Source: an uncultured Nitrososphaerota archaeon
GTDB lineage: Archaea; Thermoproteota; Nitrososphaeria; Nitrososphaerales; Gagatemarchaeaceae
Direction: 5' to 3'
Length of the DNA stretch: 64,000 nt
Assembly (NCBI GenBank): GCA_963703285.1
Contig: OY969807.1
Span: 96,001-160,000 of the forward strand
The position numbers were made by a program, and so were the translations under genes. Of this stretch, positions 9,127 through 18,658 are shown in pieces (positions within the stretch are counted from its first letter, which is position 1; each line of letters starts with the position of its first letter). Below the pieces are notes generated by a model that saw nothing but the letters and a program-made list of their open reading frames with translations, did no database searches and was not told where the DNA came from.

Positions 9127-10755
9127 GCGCCGTATATCTTCCTGACCTTCTCGATCGTGTCGATCTGGCCCGCGTCCTTGTCGTCCCGGATCCTCTTGAT
9201 CCTCGGGAACCGGAGGGCGAATCCGCTGTCGTGCCTGTCGCTCCTCTGGATGCTGTCGAACGCGACCTCGATCACCAGTTCGGGCTTCACCCGCCTGAAG
9301 TAACCATCGTCCTCGGTGGTGAGCCTCTCGATCCTTCCCATCATCTCTTCGATCTCTTTGTCGGTCAGGCCCGAGTACGCCTTCCCGATTACTCTGAGCT
9401 GGTCGCCGTCCCTGACGGCGAATGTGTAGTCGGAGATTACACCCGCGCGCTTGCCGTGACCCATCTCGGCCCCCACGATCACGACGTCCAGCGTGTCGAG
9501 CTCCTCCTTCAGCTTGACCCAGTACTTCCCGCGCTTCCCGGGGGTGTAGGGGCTCTCCGGGTCCTTGAGAACCAGCCCCTCGTAACCCAGGGACCTGGCC
9601 CTCCTGAAGAGGGTCTGGATCTCGGTCTGCTCTGGATACCAGCCGCATCTCAGCCATCCGGAAGGTCGTCCCCTCGACGACCCGGGAGAGAGCCTCCCTC
9701 CTGAGCCGAAGGGGCTTCCTGAAGAGGTCGTCGCCGTCCAAGAGGAGGATGTCGAAGCAGAAGAAGACCACAGGCGCCTTGTCCATCGCCTCTTCGAAAT
9801 TCTCTATCCTCCTCAGCCGCCTCTGAAGCAGCTGAAAGGAGAGGGGCCTGCCGTCCCTGAAAGGGACTATCTCTCCGTCGATGAGCACATCGTGGCCGAT
9901 CTTCCCGGCCCCCTCGACGAGCTCCGGGAAGCTCTGTGTTATCTCCTCGAGCCTCCTCGAATACGCCCTGACCTCCCGTCCCTTCTTGTGAAGCTGGGCC
10001 CTCACCCCGTCGTACTTGTACTCGGCGTAGACCTCCTTCCCGAAGTAGGACGCTATCTCCTCGGGTGTCTGCATCGGCTCGGCGAGCATGAAGTTGGTCG
10101 GGCGCATCAGCTGTAACCTGATCCCGCTGACGTCCCCCGACCTGGCCCGGCGCGCGAGCATCCCGATGTCCCCGATGAGCAGATGGGCCTCCCTCAATTC
10201 TCCGCGGTCGATGTCGTAGGCGCGTGCGATCGCCTCCTCTACCAGTCCGTCGACCAGCCCTATCCTCATCTCCTTCGTAAGAATCTTGATCAGATACTTC
10301 GCCTCGGTCCCGTCCGATCTCAAGAGGAGCGACTTGAGGTGCGCCTTCTTGAGACCTGTCGAGCCCTTCCCCTTCGCCTGGGTCATGGCCTCGAAGGTCT
10401 CGGCCACATCCTCGAGGGTCAGTTCCTCCTGGAAGAGTGTCGTCTCGCTCCTCTTCGCCAGCACCTCCTGGACTACCTTGCCGAGGTCCCCGTGTCTGAG
10501 GTAGACGCGGCTCAGCTCCCTCGGAGAGAGGCCCGTCAGCTCCTCCACGGCATCGGTTATGGTCGAGTACCCTATGTGTGTCTCGTCCACGCTGCCCTTC
10601 ACGGAGGCCCTTCCCGTCGCGAACCGGGCCGCACGTTCTGCGTCATCGGCGTCGAGCTTGCGGAGGTACTCCGAAAGGATCCTCACCTTCTCGTTCTTCC
10701 CCGGCGACGCGCTGACTTGGTCGAGGGTGGAAGCGAACTCCGAGAAGCTGCCCAT
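9102..10755 (-). CDS. lig: ATP-dependent DNA ligase, apparent +1 frameshift near 9624
   Basis: EYKYDGVR active site; after shift EGLVLK, YTPGKRG..WVKLK, FALRFPRI. Confidence 0.93.
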
Positions 10756-10762
10756 GTCCCGA

Positions 10763-11260
10763 TCAGAGGGGTATTGCCATCGTGTACGCAGACTCGCCGT
10801 CTTTGTAGTACCCGTGGAGCGTGCTGCCTATCTTGAAGCCGAGCTTCTCGTACAGGTCGATCGCTCCCCTGTTCGTGGTCCGCACCTCCAGATAGCACTC
10901 CTTCCCCGAGCCCTTGCGAACCTCTTCCAGGGCCGACTTGATCAGCTCGGTCCCTATGCCCTTCCCCCTCCACTCCTCGAGGACCGCTACCGAGATTATG
11001 TGGCCCTTCTTTGCAAGCCCGAATCGCCTGGTCATCGAGAGGCCGTACTCGAGCCTGCACATTATGTACCCGACGACCTTCCCGCCCTGGTCCGCCAGGA
11101 GAAAGGTGTTGGGGAAGTCCTTCAGTATGTCGTAGTAGAAGTAGTCAGAGTAGTGCTCCGGCAGGGTGAGCGTGTTGACGTTGATGACGCTCGGGATATC
11201 CTCTGGGCCACAGTGCCTGATGGAGTAGTCCCCTGCTTTGCTCGTGGCCGACTCTTGCAT
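10763..11260 (-). CDS. rimI: N-terminal acetyltransferase (Ard1/RimI GNAT)
   Basis: LPEHY, GHIISVAV, RGKGIG, YLEVRTTN, YYKDGE. Confidence 0.9.
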   Translation of the reverse strand: MQESATSKAGDYSIRHCGPEDIPSVINVNTLTLPEHYSDYFYYDILKDFPNTFLLADQGGKVVGYIMCRLEYGLSMTRRFGLAKKGHIISVAVLEEWRGKGIGTELIKSALEEVRKGSGKECYLEVRTTNRGAIDLYEKLGFKIGSTLHGYYKDGESAYTMAIPL

Positions 11261-11374
11261 TCTCTGATGTTCGTGCCGTCAACAAGAGACTAATAAATTT
11301 CTGGTTCCAGCGACCCGTCAGAAGCACGACGCCCCAGTCACCCGTCCTTCGTGCCGGTGGGCTAGACAGGGGAT

Positions 11375-12541
11375 CTAAGGAGCCTTCTTGCCGTCGATAA
11401 TCTTGAGCTGCTCCGCCAGGTTAGCGATCTGAGCGTCCAGGTCGAAGACCCAATCCTTGGTCTTATCATTGTAGACTCCTGGATCCGGAGCAAAGACAGC
11501 GGCCTTGCTGGTGTCTATCATGAAGTACTCGGACCTCTTCGCCACGGGCGCCAAGACTTCCCTGAGGTAGGTCATCGTCTCGACCATCTGCTCCAGCGGT
11601 ACCCCCATCTCCGCGAGGTAGTCGGGCCCTGCCCCCTCGCACCACAGGAACGGGAGGAGGTTCATCCTTTCGCTCAGCGTGGACTGTTCTTCGGGGGTCA
11701 CTCCGTGGACGTAGACGTGCATGAACGCGAACTTGTGATGGGGGGCGAGCGGTTCGCCCCGTTCCCGGTCGACGTGGGTCTTCATCCAGTTGACCCTGTA
11801 CCACTCGATCAGACGCGCGTCTTCAATGTGCCGGGCGTGCCGGTAGGCTGTCTTGCTGCTGACACCGAGATCCTTGGCGATGTCCTTTATCGACATGGAT
11901 GCGTCCATGAGGAAGTAGCGCAGGACCGAGAGGTCGGCCGCGTCGAATCTCTGCCTGGGGGTCTCTCGCCGGGCCTCGGGGCCGTCGCCAGAGGAGAGCT
12001 GCGACCAATCGAATTCCCACCTGCCCTTCTTGAAATCGAAGAGGTCCGCGCGCATGGGCTGGTATCTCCGCCAGGAGAATCGGAGGGTCGTGTGCACCTT
12101 GGTGACGAAGCCCGCCTCCTGCATTCCCTTCAGGAGTCCGGGGAACTCTTCATAGTGCTCCTCGGGCAGGTTGAAGTCAAGAATGTACTTGCCGTCGGGG
12201 AGCGTCCTGTAGATACTGTGAAGGAACCAATGACCGCTCATGTTGCCGCTCAGCTGGACAGTGTTCTCTCCGTGTTCCTCCGCTATGTCGACCACGGCTG
12301 CGATCTCCCTCAAACCCAGGGCTCCCCTGCTGGGACGGGCTTGGACCACGTACCCTTTCTTCTCGATGGTTGACCTGAAGTTGTAGCTCACGCTCTCCTT
12401 CGGAAGCTTCAGCCTTCTGGCTACCTCCGCCATGTTCGGTCCGACCTCTTCCAGTTCCCTCACGATGGACGCGATTCGGGATCGCCTCGTCTGAGGTCGA
12501 GCTGGAATCAGGGTCGGTTCGGTTGAGATTCCTTTCTTCAA
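11375..12541 (-). CDS. Tandem winged-HTH (Lrp/AsnC-like duplicated) regulator
   Basis: Two HTH segments: NMAEVARRLKLP and SIKDIAKDLGVSSKTAYRH. Confidence 0.6.
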   Translation of the reverse strand: MKKGISTEPTLIPARPQTRRSRIASIVRELEEVGPNMAEVARRLKLPKESVSYNFRSTIEKKGYVVQARPSRGALGLREIAAVVDIAEEHGENTVQLSGNMSGHWFLHSIYRTLPDGKYILDFNLPEEHYEEFPGLLKGMQEAGFVTKVHTTLRFSWRRYQPMRADLFDFKKGRWEFDWSQLSSGDGPEARRETPRQRFDAADLSVLRYFLMDASMSIKDIAKDLGVSSKTAYRHARHIEDARLIEWYRVNWMKTHVDRERGEPLAPHHKFAFMHVYVHGVTPEEQSTLSERMNLLPFLWCEGAGPDYLAEMGVPLEQMVETMTYLREVLAPVAKRSEYFMIDTSKAAVFAPDPGVYNDKTKDWVFDLDAQIANLAEQLKIIDGKKAP

Positions 12542-12678
12542 GCCCCGGGTGGGAGCAACCCGCTAGTGGCTTATAATCGTAGGCAGTGACAGGCATTCCA
12601 GCACCGGTCCCGGCGAAAGAGCGCGCTACTCCTGCACCCAAGACTTAAAGCGTGTACAGTGAACCGCCCTCGAGGTAC

Positions 12679-13815
12679 TTGTCGGAGGACTCCGGGGTCG
12701 AGGTGATCGTCCGCTCCCTCTTCACTGTCAAGGACGTCTTCGACAGGGGCGAGGGCTCGAAGGAGTTCAGCGTCGTCTATGACGACAAGAGCAAGCACGC
12801 CTTCAGGGAGCTGTACGCGAAGGTGAAGCCGCTCGGGTTCACGCCGAGGCTCTTCGGGACGAAGGACGACGCGTCCTTGACGTTGACCAAGGGGGAAAGT
12901 GCGCCATCGCTCGCCCCCAGAACCCCGATATTCCTCCTCCTCCTCTCGATCCTCGCGATCATCGTCGGCGGGTGGCTTCTGGGTGACATCTACTCCCGGG
13001 TCGAGGGGGGAAACGCGGTGCTGATTGGAAGCGGCTTCGTGGTGGGTGTTGCCATTGTCTTGGTCTCCAAGGGCCTCGTCCAGCGGTTCGTCGTCAGGCG
13101 GAGGGGAGGGGGCTCGACCATTCAGTACTACCTCCCCAACATACCGTTCTTCATTGCCCTCCCGGTCCTCTACTACCTGCCGACCTTCGGAGCGGTCACC
13201 TTCGTGCGCTCTCCCACGGTCGACAAGGACACGCTCTTCGACTGCTACTTCTTCGCCCCTCTGGTCGGGGTGCTCGTGGCGCTAGCCGTGGCGTTCGCCG
13301 GCGCCGCGTCTGCGATAACGCTGACGAGCACCCAATACTCGTCCATCTTCACGGCGGGGAACCTCGCGACCCTCAACACGAACCCTTCCCTCCTCCAGTC
13401 GGGGGCCATCTCCCTCGCAAGCTACCTCGGCCTTTCGCCCAAGATCCCTCCCGGCGGGGTCAGCATCTTCTCGCCGCTGGAGGTCGCCGCTTGGATAGCT
13501 TTCCTCCTTTCGTTCTTCAGCCTGCTCCCCGCCGCGCTCTTCGATGGGGGGAGGATGGCGACGCTGGCCCTCGGGGTCAGGGGGAGCCGCATCACGACCA
13601 TGGTCACCGGATTCCTGCTGGTCGCGGTCGACGTCCCCAACTACTGGGTGATCTTCCTGATGATATTCCTGCTCGCCGCGGTGCAGCCGACCAACGAGAC
13701 GCTCGACTCGCTCTCCCCCATCTCCCGCTCAAAGAAGCTGCTCTTCGTGGCGATGGTGCTCCTCGTCCTCCTCTGTGCACCCGTACCCCAGAACTTCCTT
13801 ACCTACCCGATCTAG
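12679..13815 (+). CDS. Site-2 protease (M50)-like membrane protein lacking catalytic HExxH
   Basis: PTFGAV, FAPLVG and LLPAALFDGG match the M50 layout; HExxH position reads SKGLVQ; start TTG 12679 or GTG 12652. Confidence 0.65.
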   Translation: MSEDSGVEVIVRSLFTVKDVFDRGEGSKEFSVVYDDKSKHAFRELYAKVKPLGFTPRLFGTKDDASLTLTKGESAPSLAPRTPIFLLLLSILAIIVGGWLLGDIYSRVEGGNAVLIGSGFVVGVAIVLVSKGLVQRFVVRRRGGGSTIQYYLPNIPFFIALPVLYYLPTFGAVTFVRSPTVDKDTLFDCYFFAPLVGVLVALAVAFAGAASAITLTSTQYSSIFTAGNLATLNTNPSLLQSGAISLASYLGLSPKIPPGGVSIFSPLEVAAWIAFLLSFFSLLPAALFDGGRMATLALGVRGSRITTMVTGFLLVAVDVPNYWVIFLMIFLLAAVQPTNETLDSLSPISRSKKLLFVAMVLLVLLCAPVPQNFLTYPI

Positions 13816-14897
13816 CCCAGGAGGGCTTCGGGCGCGCGGGTGAAGACGTGAACCTTCGCGTTGCGCCCGGCTGAAGCGAGGACCTTCTGGACCGCGTCCG
13901 CCGAGTTCTTCGCCGTCCTGAACCTGAACCTCCCACTGGCATAGAGCTCGGGGAGCGACGAGAGCAGCGTGACAGAGTAGTTGTCCCTCAGCGAGTCGAG
14001 GTACCCCAACTCTTCCAGCCCATCCGCATAGTACCCCCTTCGCAGGGCTGTCTCGCTCAGCCTCCCGGTCGCCTGCATCTGGAGGGCTTCTGAGCCGATG
14101 CCCTCCCTCGCCTCACCCACGAGGAGGATCTCGCCTCCCTTCCTCACGGCCTTGGTCGCGCCGAGGCAGAGCCTGAGCATGTGCGAGAGCGTGTCGTCGA
14201 AGCCGAGCCCTCCCGTTCCCACGACCAGCCCCTTTGCAGCGCTGACTTGGTGCTCGGCGAAGTGGACCTTTGCCTGCTCTGCGCCCCCCTCGACCAGCGA
14301 GAACGGCTCCCCTCCCCTCGTGACTATCGTCGCGAAGCCGGCCGCGGTCACCTTGTCGACCAACGAGACCATCACCGAATGGGCCTGCGTCTCCCGGAAG
14401 AACCCGGGTTCGTCGCTCCCCCTTCCGAGATAGGCCACCCTCCTTGCGCCGCCCAGCGCTGAGAGGCCGAGGGACACCCTCGCGTCTAGGTATCCGAACA
14501 GCGGATCGGGCTCGCCGGTCGCCAGCGCGAAGCCCGTGCCGCCCTCGACCTCCGCGGAATGGGTGACCTCCCCTCCCGGAGAGTCCGGCGGTGGCGAAAG
14601 CTTCAGCACCCGTCCCTTCAGCTCGGGCACCCCCTCCTCCAGCCCCTTCGGCGAACGAGTGTAGACCTTCGGGGGGTTCTCCTGAGGGAGCTTGGGGACC
14701 ACCGCCCTGAGGAGCTTGTAGGTCGCGGGCTTTCCGTCGCAGACGAAGAGCCTCTCCCTCCCTCTCAGCCTCTCGGCTAGCATCTGACCGAGCTCCTCCG
14801 AGTGGTTCTCGGGCAAAGGGTCGACGAGCTCTCCGAGGTTCTCCGCCTGCAGCGTCAGCAGCGACTCTACGCCTCCGTAAGGGAGCCAGATCTCCAA
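13812..14897 (-). CDS. LarA/DUF2088-like protein, degenerate
   Basis: IWLPYG start, PDPLFGY, GTGGLGFD, VRKGGEILLVGEAREGIG. Confidence 0.55.
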   Translation of the reverse strand: MEIWLPYGGVESLLTLQAENLGELVDPLPENHSEELGQMLAERLRGRERLFVCDGKPATYKLLRAVVPKLPQENPPKVYTRSPKGLEEGVPELKGRVLKLSPPPDSPGGEVTHSAEVEGGTGFALATGEPDPLFGYLDARVSLGLSALGGARRVAYLGRGSDEPGFFRETQAHSVMVSLVDKVTAAGFATIVTRGGEPFSLVEGGAEQAKVHFAEHQVSAAKGLVVGTGGLGFDDTLSHMLRLCLGATKAVRKGGEILLVGEAREGIGSEALQMQATGRLSETALRRGYYADGLEELGYLDSLRDNYSVTLLSSLPELYASGRFRFRTAKNSADAVQKVLASAGRNAKVHVFTRAPEALLG

Positions 14898-15007
14898 GAG
14901 CTGTTCCTGCCCCCGCCCTCGCATTCCGCCACTATCAAGCTTTCCGCGAAGCCCGCGCCAGCGTCATTCTCGATACACATTTCTACTGGCCGCCAGGTCG
15001 CGGGGCC

Positions 15008-15634
15008 ATGAGCTGGAAGGGGAGGAAGGCGATGGTCGATGAGCTGGCAATGGTCCTCGTCAAGGTGAGGGCCCTGCAGGTCGGGACCTTCACTCTCGCT
15101 AGCGGGAAGCTCAGCTCCTACTACGTCGACCTGAGGACGGTCCCCAGCTTCCCGGGCGCGTACCGTTACGTCGTAGACTGCTACGTCTCGCTCATCAAGA
15201 ACGAGGTAGGTCTGGACAAGTTCGACGCGATCGCAGGAATACCCACCGCAGGGCTCGCGTTCTCTTCCCCAGTCGCCCTGGAGCTGAAGAAGCCGATGAT
15301 ATACGTCCGGAAGGACGAGAAGGATCACGGACAAATGAAGAAGATCGAGGGAGCCATCAAGCCGGGCTGGAAGGTGCTGGTGATGGACGACCTCATCACG
15401 ACGGGTCACTCGCTCCTTTCAGGGATCGACGCGATTCGGGGAGAAGGAGGGGAAGTCGGGCAGGTCGCGGTGCTGATAGACCGTCAGGAGGGAGGGAGGC
15501 AGAACCTCAAGAAGGCGGGGGTGGCCCTGAGCGCCCTCACGGACATCTCCGAGCTGGCTCGGACGCTACACGCCAAGGACGAGATCTCCGATGAGGAGAT
15601 GCGGGCGATTAAGAGCCAGGTCGCGGGAAGCTAA
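15008..15634 (+). CDS. pyrE: Orotate phosphoribosyltransferase
   Basis: FTLASGKLSSYYVD, YVRKDEKDHG, VMDDLITTG. Confidence 0.95.
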   Translation: MSWKGRKAMVDELAMVLVKVRALQVGTFTLASGKLSSYYVDLRTVPSFPGAYRYVVDCYVSLIKNEVGLDKFDAIAGIPTAGLAFSSPVALELKKPMIYVRKDEKDHGQMKKIEGAIKPGWKVLVMDDLITTGHSLLSGIDAIRGEGGEVGQVAVLIDRQEGGRQNLKKAGVALSALTDISELARTLHAKDEISDEEMRAIKSQVAGS

Positions 15635-15642
15635 CAAATGAT

Positions 15643-16915
15643 TATCCGAGAGGATTCACCCTCCATACCCTGAACGTAACTTCACCTGCGACGCGTGGTG
15701 CTTAAAGGCGATTCTGGACTAAAGAGCAGGAGGTAAGCGGTTCTCGATTACCTACAAACTTCGAGTCTACCCGACGAAGACTCAGTACAGAATCATGTCG
15801 GAAACAATCGAGACTTGCAGGAGGTTGCACAACGAGTTACTAGAGGACAGAATTGAGCATGGAACAAATTGCTTCGCTCAGAAAAGAGCTCTCACCGCCT
15901 CCCGAAGGGGTAACAAATTCCTAAGCGCAGTCAATGCCCAAGTGCTACAAAACGTAGCCTTTAGGCTTGATAATGCGTTTGAGCGGTTTTTCGCTGGTCT
16001 CTCCCGTGCACCGAGATTTAAGCGAAGGGGCAGGTACAATTCTTTCACTTATCCCCAACTTGGTGGTTTCAGGATTGTTAGTGGAAAGCTTCGGCTTTCC
16101 AGAATAGGCTTACTCACAGCAAAACTGACCCGTCCAATAGAAGGGATTCAGAAGACGTGCACGATCGTTAGAGACATAGACCGCTGGTATGCCTGCATAA
16201 CCTCAGAGGAGGAACCGTCTGGACAGGTCGTAATGGAATCGGAGCGACCTCCAGTCGGGGTTGATTTAGGAATTCCAAACATTGTCACTCTCAGCAACGG
16301 CAAGACTGTAGAGAACCCGAGATTCCTCAATTCTTCAACATCTCGCCTCAAACGTCTTCAGCGAGAATTATCGAGGAAAAAGAAGGGTTCTAACAACCAA
16401 GAGAGGGCACGAACGTTGCTTGCTAAAGCTTGGCGCAAAGTCAGGAACTCGCGATTGGACTTCTTACACAAAGTCTCAGCAGAACTTGCTGAGGACTACT
16501 CAACCATAGTTTTCGAAGATCTTCGCATTACGAACATGACCAAGAACCGCAATCTAGCATCGGCAATAATGGATGCGTCATGGGGAGAGCTACGTCAGTT
16601 GACTGCCTACAAGGCAGAACGACGTGGCGGACGAGTAATCCTCGTCAACCCCAGTAGGACATCGCAGAAATGCTCGAGATGCGGCGAGATAGTCAAGAAG
16701 GAACTCTCTGAACGAGTACACGACTGTCCGAACTGCGGTTTGGTCATAAACAGGGATGTCAACGCGGCAAGGAACGTACTCAGAGCGGGCCTGGAACGGG
16801 CCTGTGTGGAGGAACAGCCTCTACTTGTCCAACGCAGGGGATCAAGCATGTTCGTTCCCGTGAAACAAGAAGTTCAAGACGCGAAGCACAACGGCTTCAG
16901 CCTTGGGTAGTTCAA
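15643..16915 (+). mobile_element. IS200/IS605-family TnpB-only (IS1341-like) element
   Basis: Lower-GC block; right-end hairpin CAACGGCTTCAGCCTTG then GGTAGTTCAA; TGAT just left of the putative left end; no tnpA; left boundary approximate. Confidence 0.75.
15747..16910 (+). CDS. tnpB: RNA-guided endonuclease TnpB
   Basis: TYKLRVYPT N-terminal motif upstream of first ATG (15795); GVDLG, VFEDL, CSRC/CPNC, NRDVNAARN intact. Confidence 0.93.
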   Translation: MTYKLRVYPTKTQYRIMSETIETCRRLHNELLEDRIEHGTNCFAQKRALTASRRGNKFLSAVNAQVLQNVAFRLDNAFERFFAGLSRAPRFKRRGRYNSFTYPQLGGFRIVSGKLRLSRIGLLTAKLTRPIEGIQKTCTIVRDIDRWYACITSEEEPSGQVVMESERPPVGVDLGIPNIVTLSNGKTVENPRFLNSSTSRLKRLQRELSRKKKGSNNQERARTLLAKAWRKVRNSRLDFLHKVSAELAEDYSTIVFEDLRITNMTKNRNLASAIMDASWGELRQLTAYKAERRGGRVILVNPSRTSQKCSRCGEIVKKELSERVHDCPNCGLVINRDVNAARNVLRAGLERACVEEQPLLVQRRGSSMFVPVKQEVQDAKHNGFSLG

Positions 16916-17469
16916 TAGACCATCAGCTGCTTCTCTTCGAGGAGGACGTGCAGGTTGTTCACGGCCCTGTAGACCTCGCTCTCCCTCTTCGCCCCGGTGC
17001 AGACTAGCTTCCCGGACGCGAAGAGCAGTATCACAGTCTTGGGGTCGGCCATCCTGTGGATGAGGCCGGGGAACTGCTCGGGCTCGTACATCGACTTCGG
17101 GAGCTGCCTCGCGGCTTCCTCTAGGTGCACCTTCCCCCCCAGGTTGGCGGAGGCGACGATGTTCTGTATCTCTATTTCAGCCTCGTTCTTGATGGGGATG
17201 CTGCCCTTCTTCAGGCGCCTGACTACCTCCTGGACCGCTTTCCTCGCCTGCTCCTCGGACTTGGCTCCGGTGCAGACCATCTTGCCCGAGCTGAAAATCA
17301 GCGTCGCCGTCTTGGGGGTCTTCAGCCTGAAGACCAGTCCAGGGAACTGGTCAGGGTGGTACTCCACGTCGACGAAGTTCTTGGTTATCTGGTTAAGGTC
17401 GACCGTCTGGTTTATGGAGGCCGAAGCGACTACGTTCTCAATGCTGACTATCGCCTTTGTTTGGGGCAT
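16912..17469 (-). CDS. tbp: TATA-box binding protein
   Basis: Two repeats of NVVASA / YxPxQFPGL / LIFSSGKMVCTGAK. Confidence 0.98.
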   Translation of the reverse strand: MPQTKAIVSIENVVASASINQTVDLNQITKNFVDVEYHPDQFPGLVFRLKTPKTATLIFSSGKMVCTGAKSEEQARKAVQEVVRRLKKGSIPIKNEAEIEIQNIVASANLGGKVHLEEAARQLPKSMYEPEQFPGLIHRMADPKTVILLFASGKLVCTGAKRESEVYRAVNNLHVLLEEKQLMVY

Positions 17470-17508
17470 TGTTGGGCGGTCAGAATCCGTCGAGTATATA
17501 AAGGGTAT

Positions 17509-18063
17509 TTAAGGGGCCGCGGCTTTTTCATCTCCCTCCCTTCCTTTCTCACCGCTCCCGCTGTAAAGCTCCACCAGGAAGATCAGCAAGATGATAGCTG
17601 CGACGAGGGCGTAGTTGTAGGGAGGCGGGAATGCCTCGGAGATCCTTCCGAGGAACGGTATTGAGACAACGACGAGTCCCTTGAGGCACTGGGGGGTGAC
17701 CGGAGGCCAGCTGTCCGGCTCGTCGGGGCGGGGGTTCGTGAACCTGTTGTCACCCTGGGTGATCAGCCCCTCGCTGGTGATGTTCACTACCCTGTGCACG
17801 ATCACCTCGGCCTCGCACCCTCCTCCCGCGATCGGGGGCGAGTAGATGATCACGTCCCCGATGTGGATGCTGTTGTACGGGACGGCCTCTGCCAACACGA
17901 GGTCGCCCACCTCGAGCGTGGGCCTCATGCTAGGTGTCGGATATACGTCGTACACCTGGACGCCCCCCAGCCGGCTGTCGATGAGGAACGCGGCCCCCAC
18001 GACGAGGACAAGGACCACGACCGCGTATGTGGCCGCTCGGCTCGCTTTGGAGGAGGCGCTCAA
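17509..18063 (-). CDS. Signal peptidase I (S26, archaeal/SipW type)
   Basis: SMRPTLEVGD, IVHRV, TQGDN; TTG start inferred from TATA at 18094. Confidence 0.85.
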   Translation of the reverse strand: MSASSKASRAATYAVVVLVLVVGAAFLIDSRLGGVQVYDVYPTPSMRPTLEVGDLVLAEAVPYNSIHIGDVIIYSPPIAGGGCEAEVIVHRVVNITSEGLITQGDNRFTNPRPDEPDSWPPVTPQCLKGLVVVSIPFLGRISEAFPPPYNYALVAAIILLIFLVELYSGSGEKGREGDEKAAAP

Positions 18064-18128
18064 GAGATACGCCGCAGCCGGTCCCCCCTTAGGTTTTAAA
18101 GTAGCGCTCAGGGGAGAGCGCGCTTCCA

Positions 18129-18449
18129 ATGAAGGCATACGATCTTGCTAGAATCACTGTTATCAATGCGGTGGTTCTGGTCCTGATTTGGGCCGTCTAC
18201 CAGGACTTCCAGGGACGCCTTGCCTACTTCCAGAAGCTAGGCTTCACGCCCTCCACGACCTACTACCCCTTCTTCTACATCACCTCCGCCGTCAACGGCT
18301 CGACCCAAATCCAAGGTCTCCTGACCTTAGACTGGATACAGGTTCTCGCTGTGGTCCTCGCGGTCATCGACGCGCTGTTCGTTGTGGGTCTCCTCAGGAA
18401 CAGGAAGGCGACCAAGGCGACCGATGGGACGAACGGTCCGAATCTCTAA
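18129..18449 (+). CDS. Small two-TM hypothetical protein
   Basis: Two hydrophobic segments; TATA ~29 nt upstream. Confidence 0.65.
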   Translation: MKAYDLARITVINAVVLVLIWAVYQDFQGRLAYFQKLGFTPSTTYYPFFYITSAVNGSTQIQGLLTLDWIQVLAVVLAVIDALFVVGLLRNRKATKATDGTNGPNL

Positions 18450-18475
18450 ATACGGTTGGTCATCGTCTGCGCGCA

Positions 18476-18658
18476 TTGCGGCACTCTGTCAAGGTCCTCC
18501 TGGCGGCCGTCTCCATGCTCTTCGGGTCCATCGCCCTCGACCTCGCCGGGTCGTACCTCCAGAACCTCGTGATTCTCGTGATTTCCTTCGCCCTGGGAAT
18601 AGCGGGGGCGCTCGTGGCAATCCGCGGCCTTGTCGAGTTCCTAGGTGATCGTTACTAG
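18476..18658 (+). CDS. Small two-TM hypothetical protein
   Basis: TTG start, MRHSVKVLLAAVSMLFG...; CTAAATA ~25 nt upstream. Confidence 0.55.
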   Translation: MRHSVKVLLAAVSMLFGSIALDLAGSYLQNLVILVISFALGIAGALVAIRGLVEFLGDRY

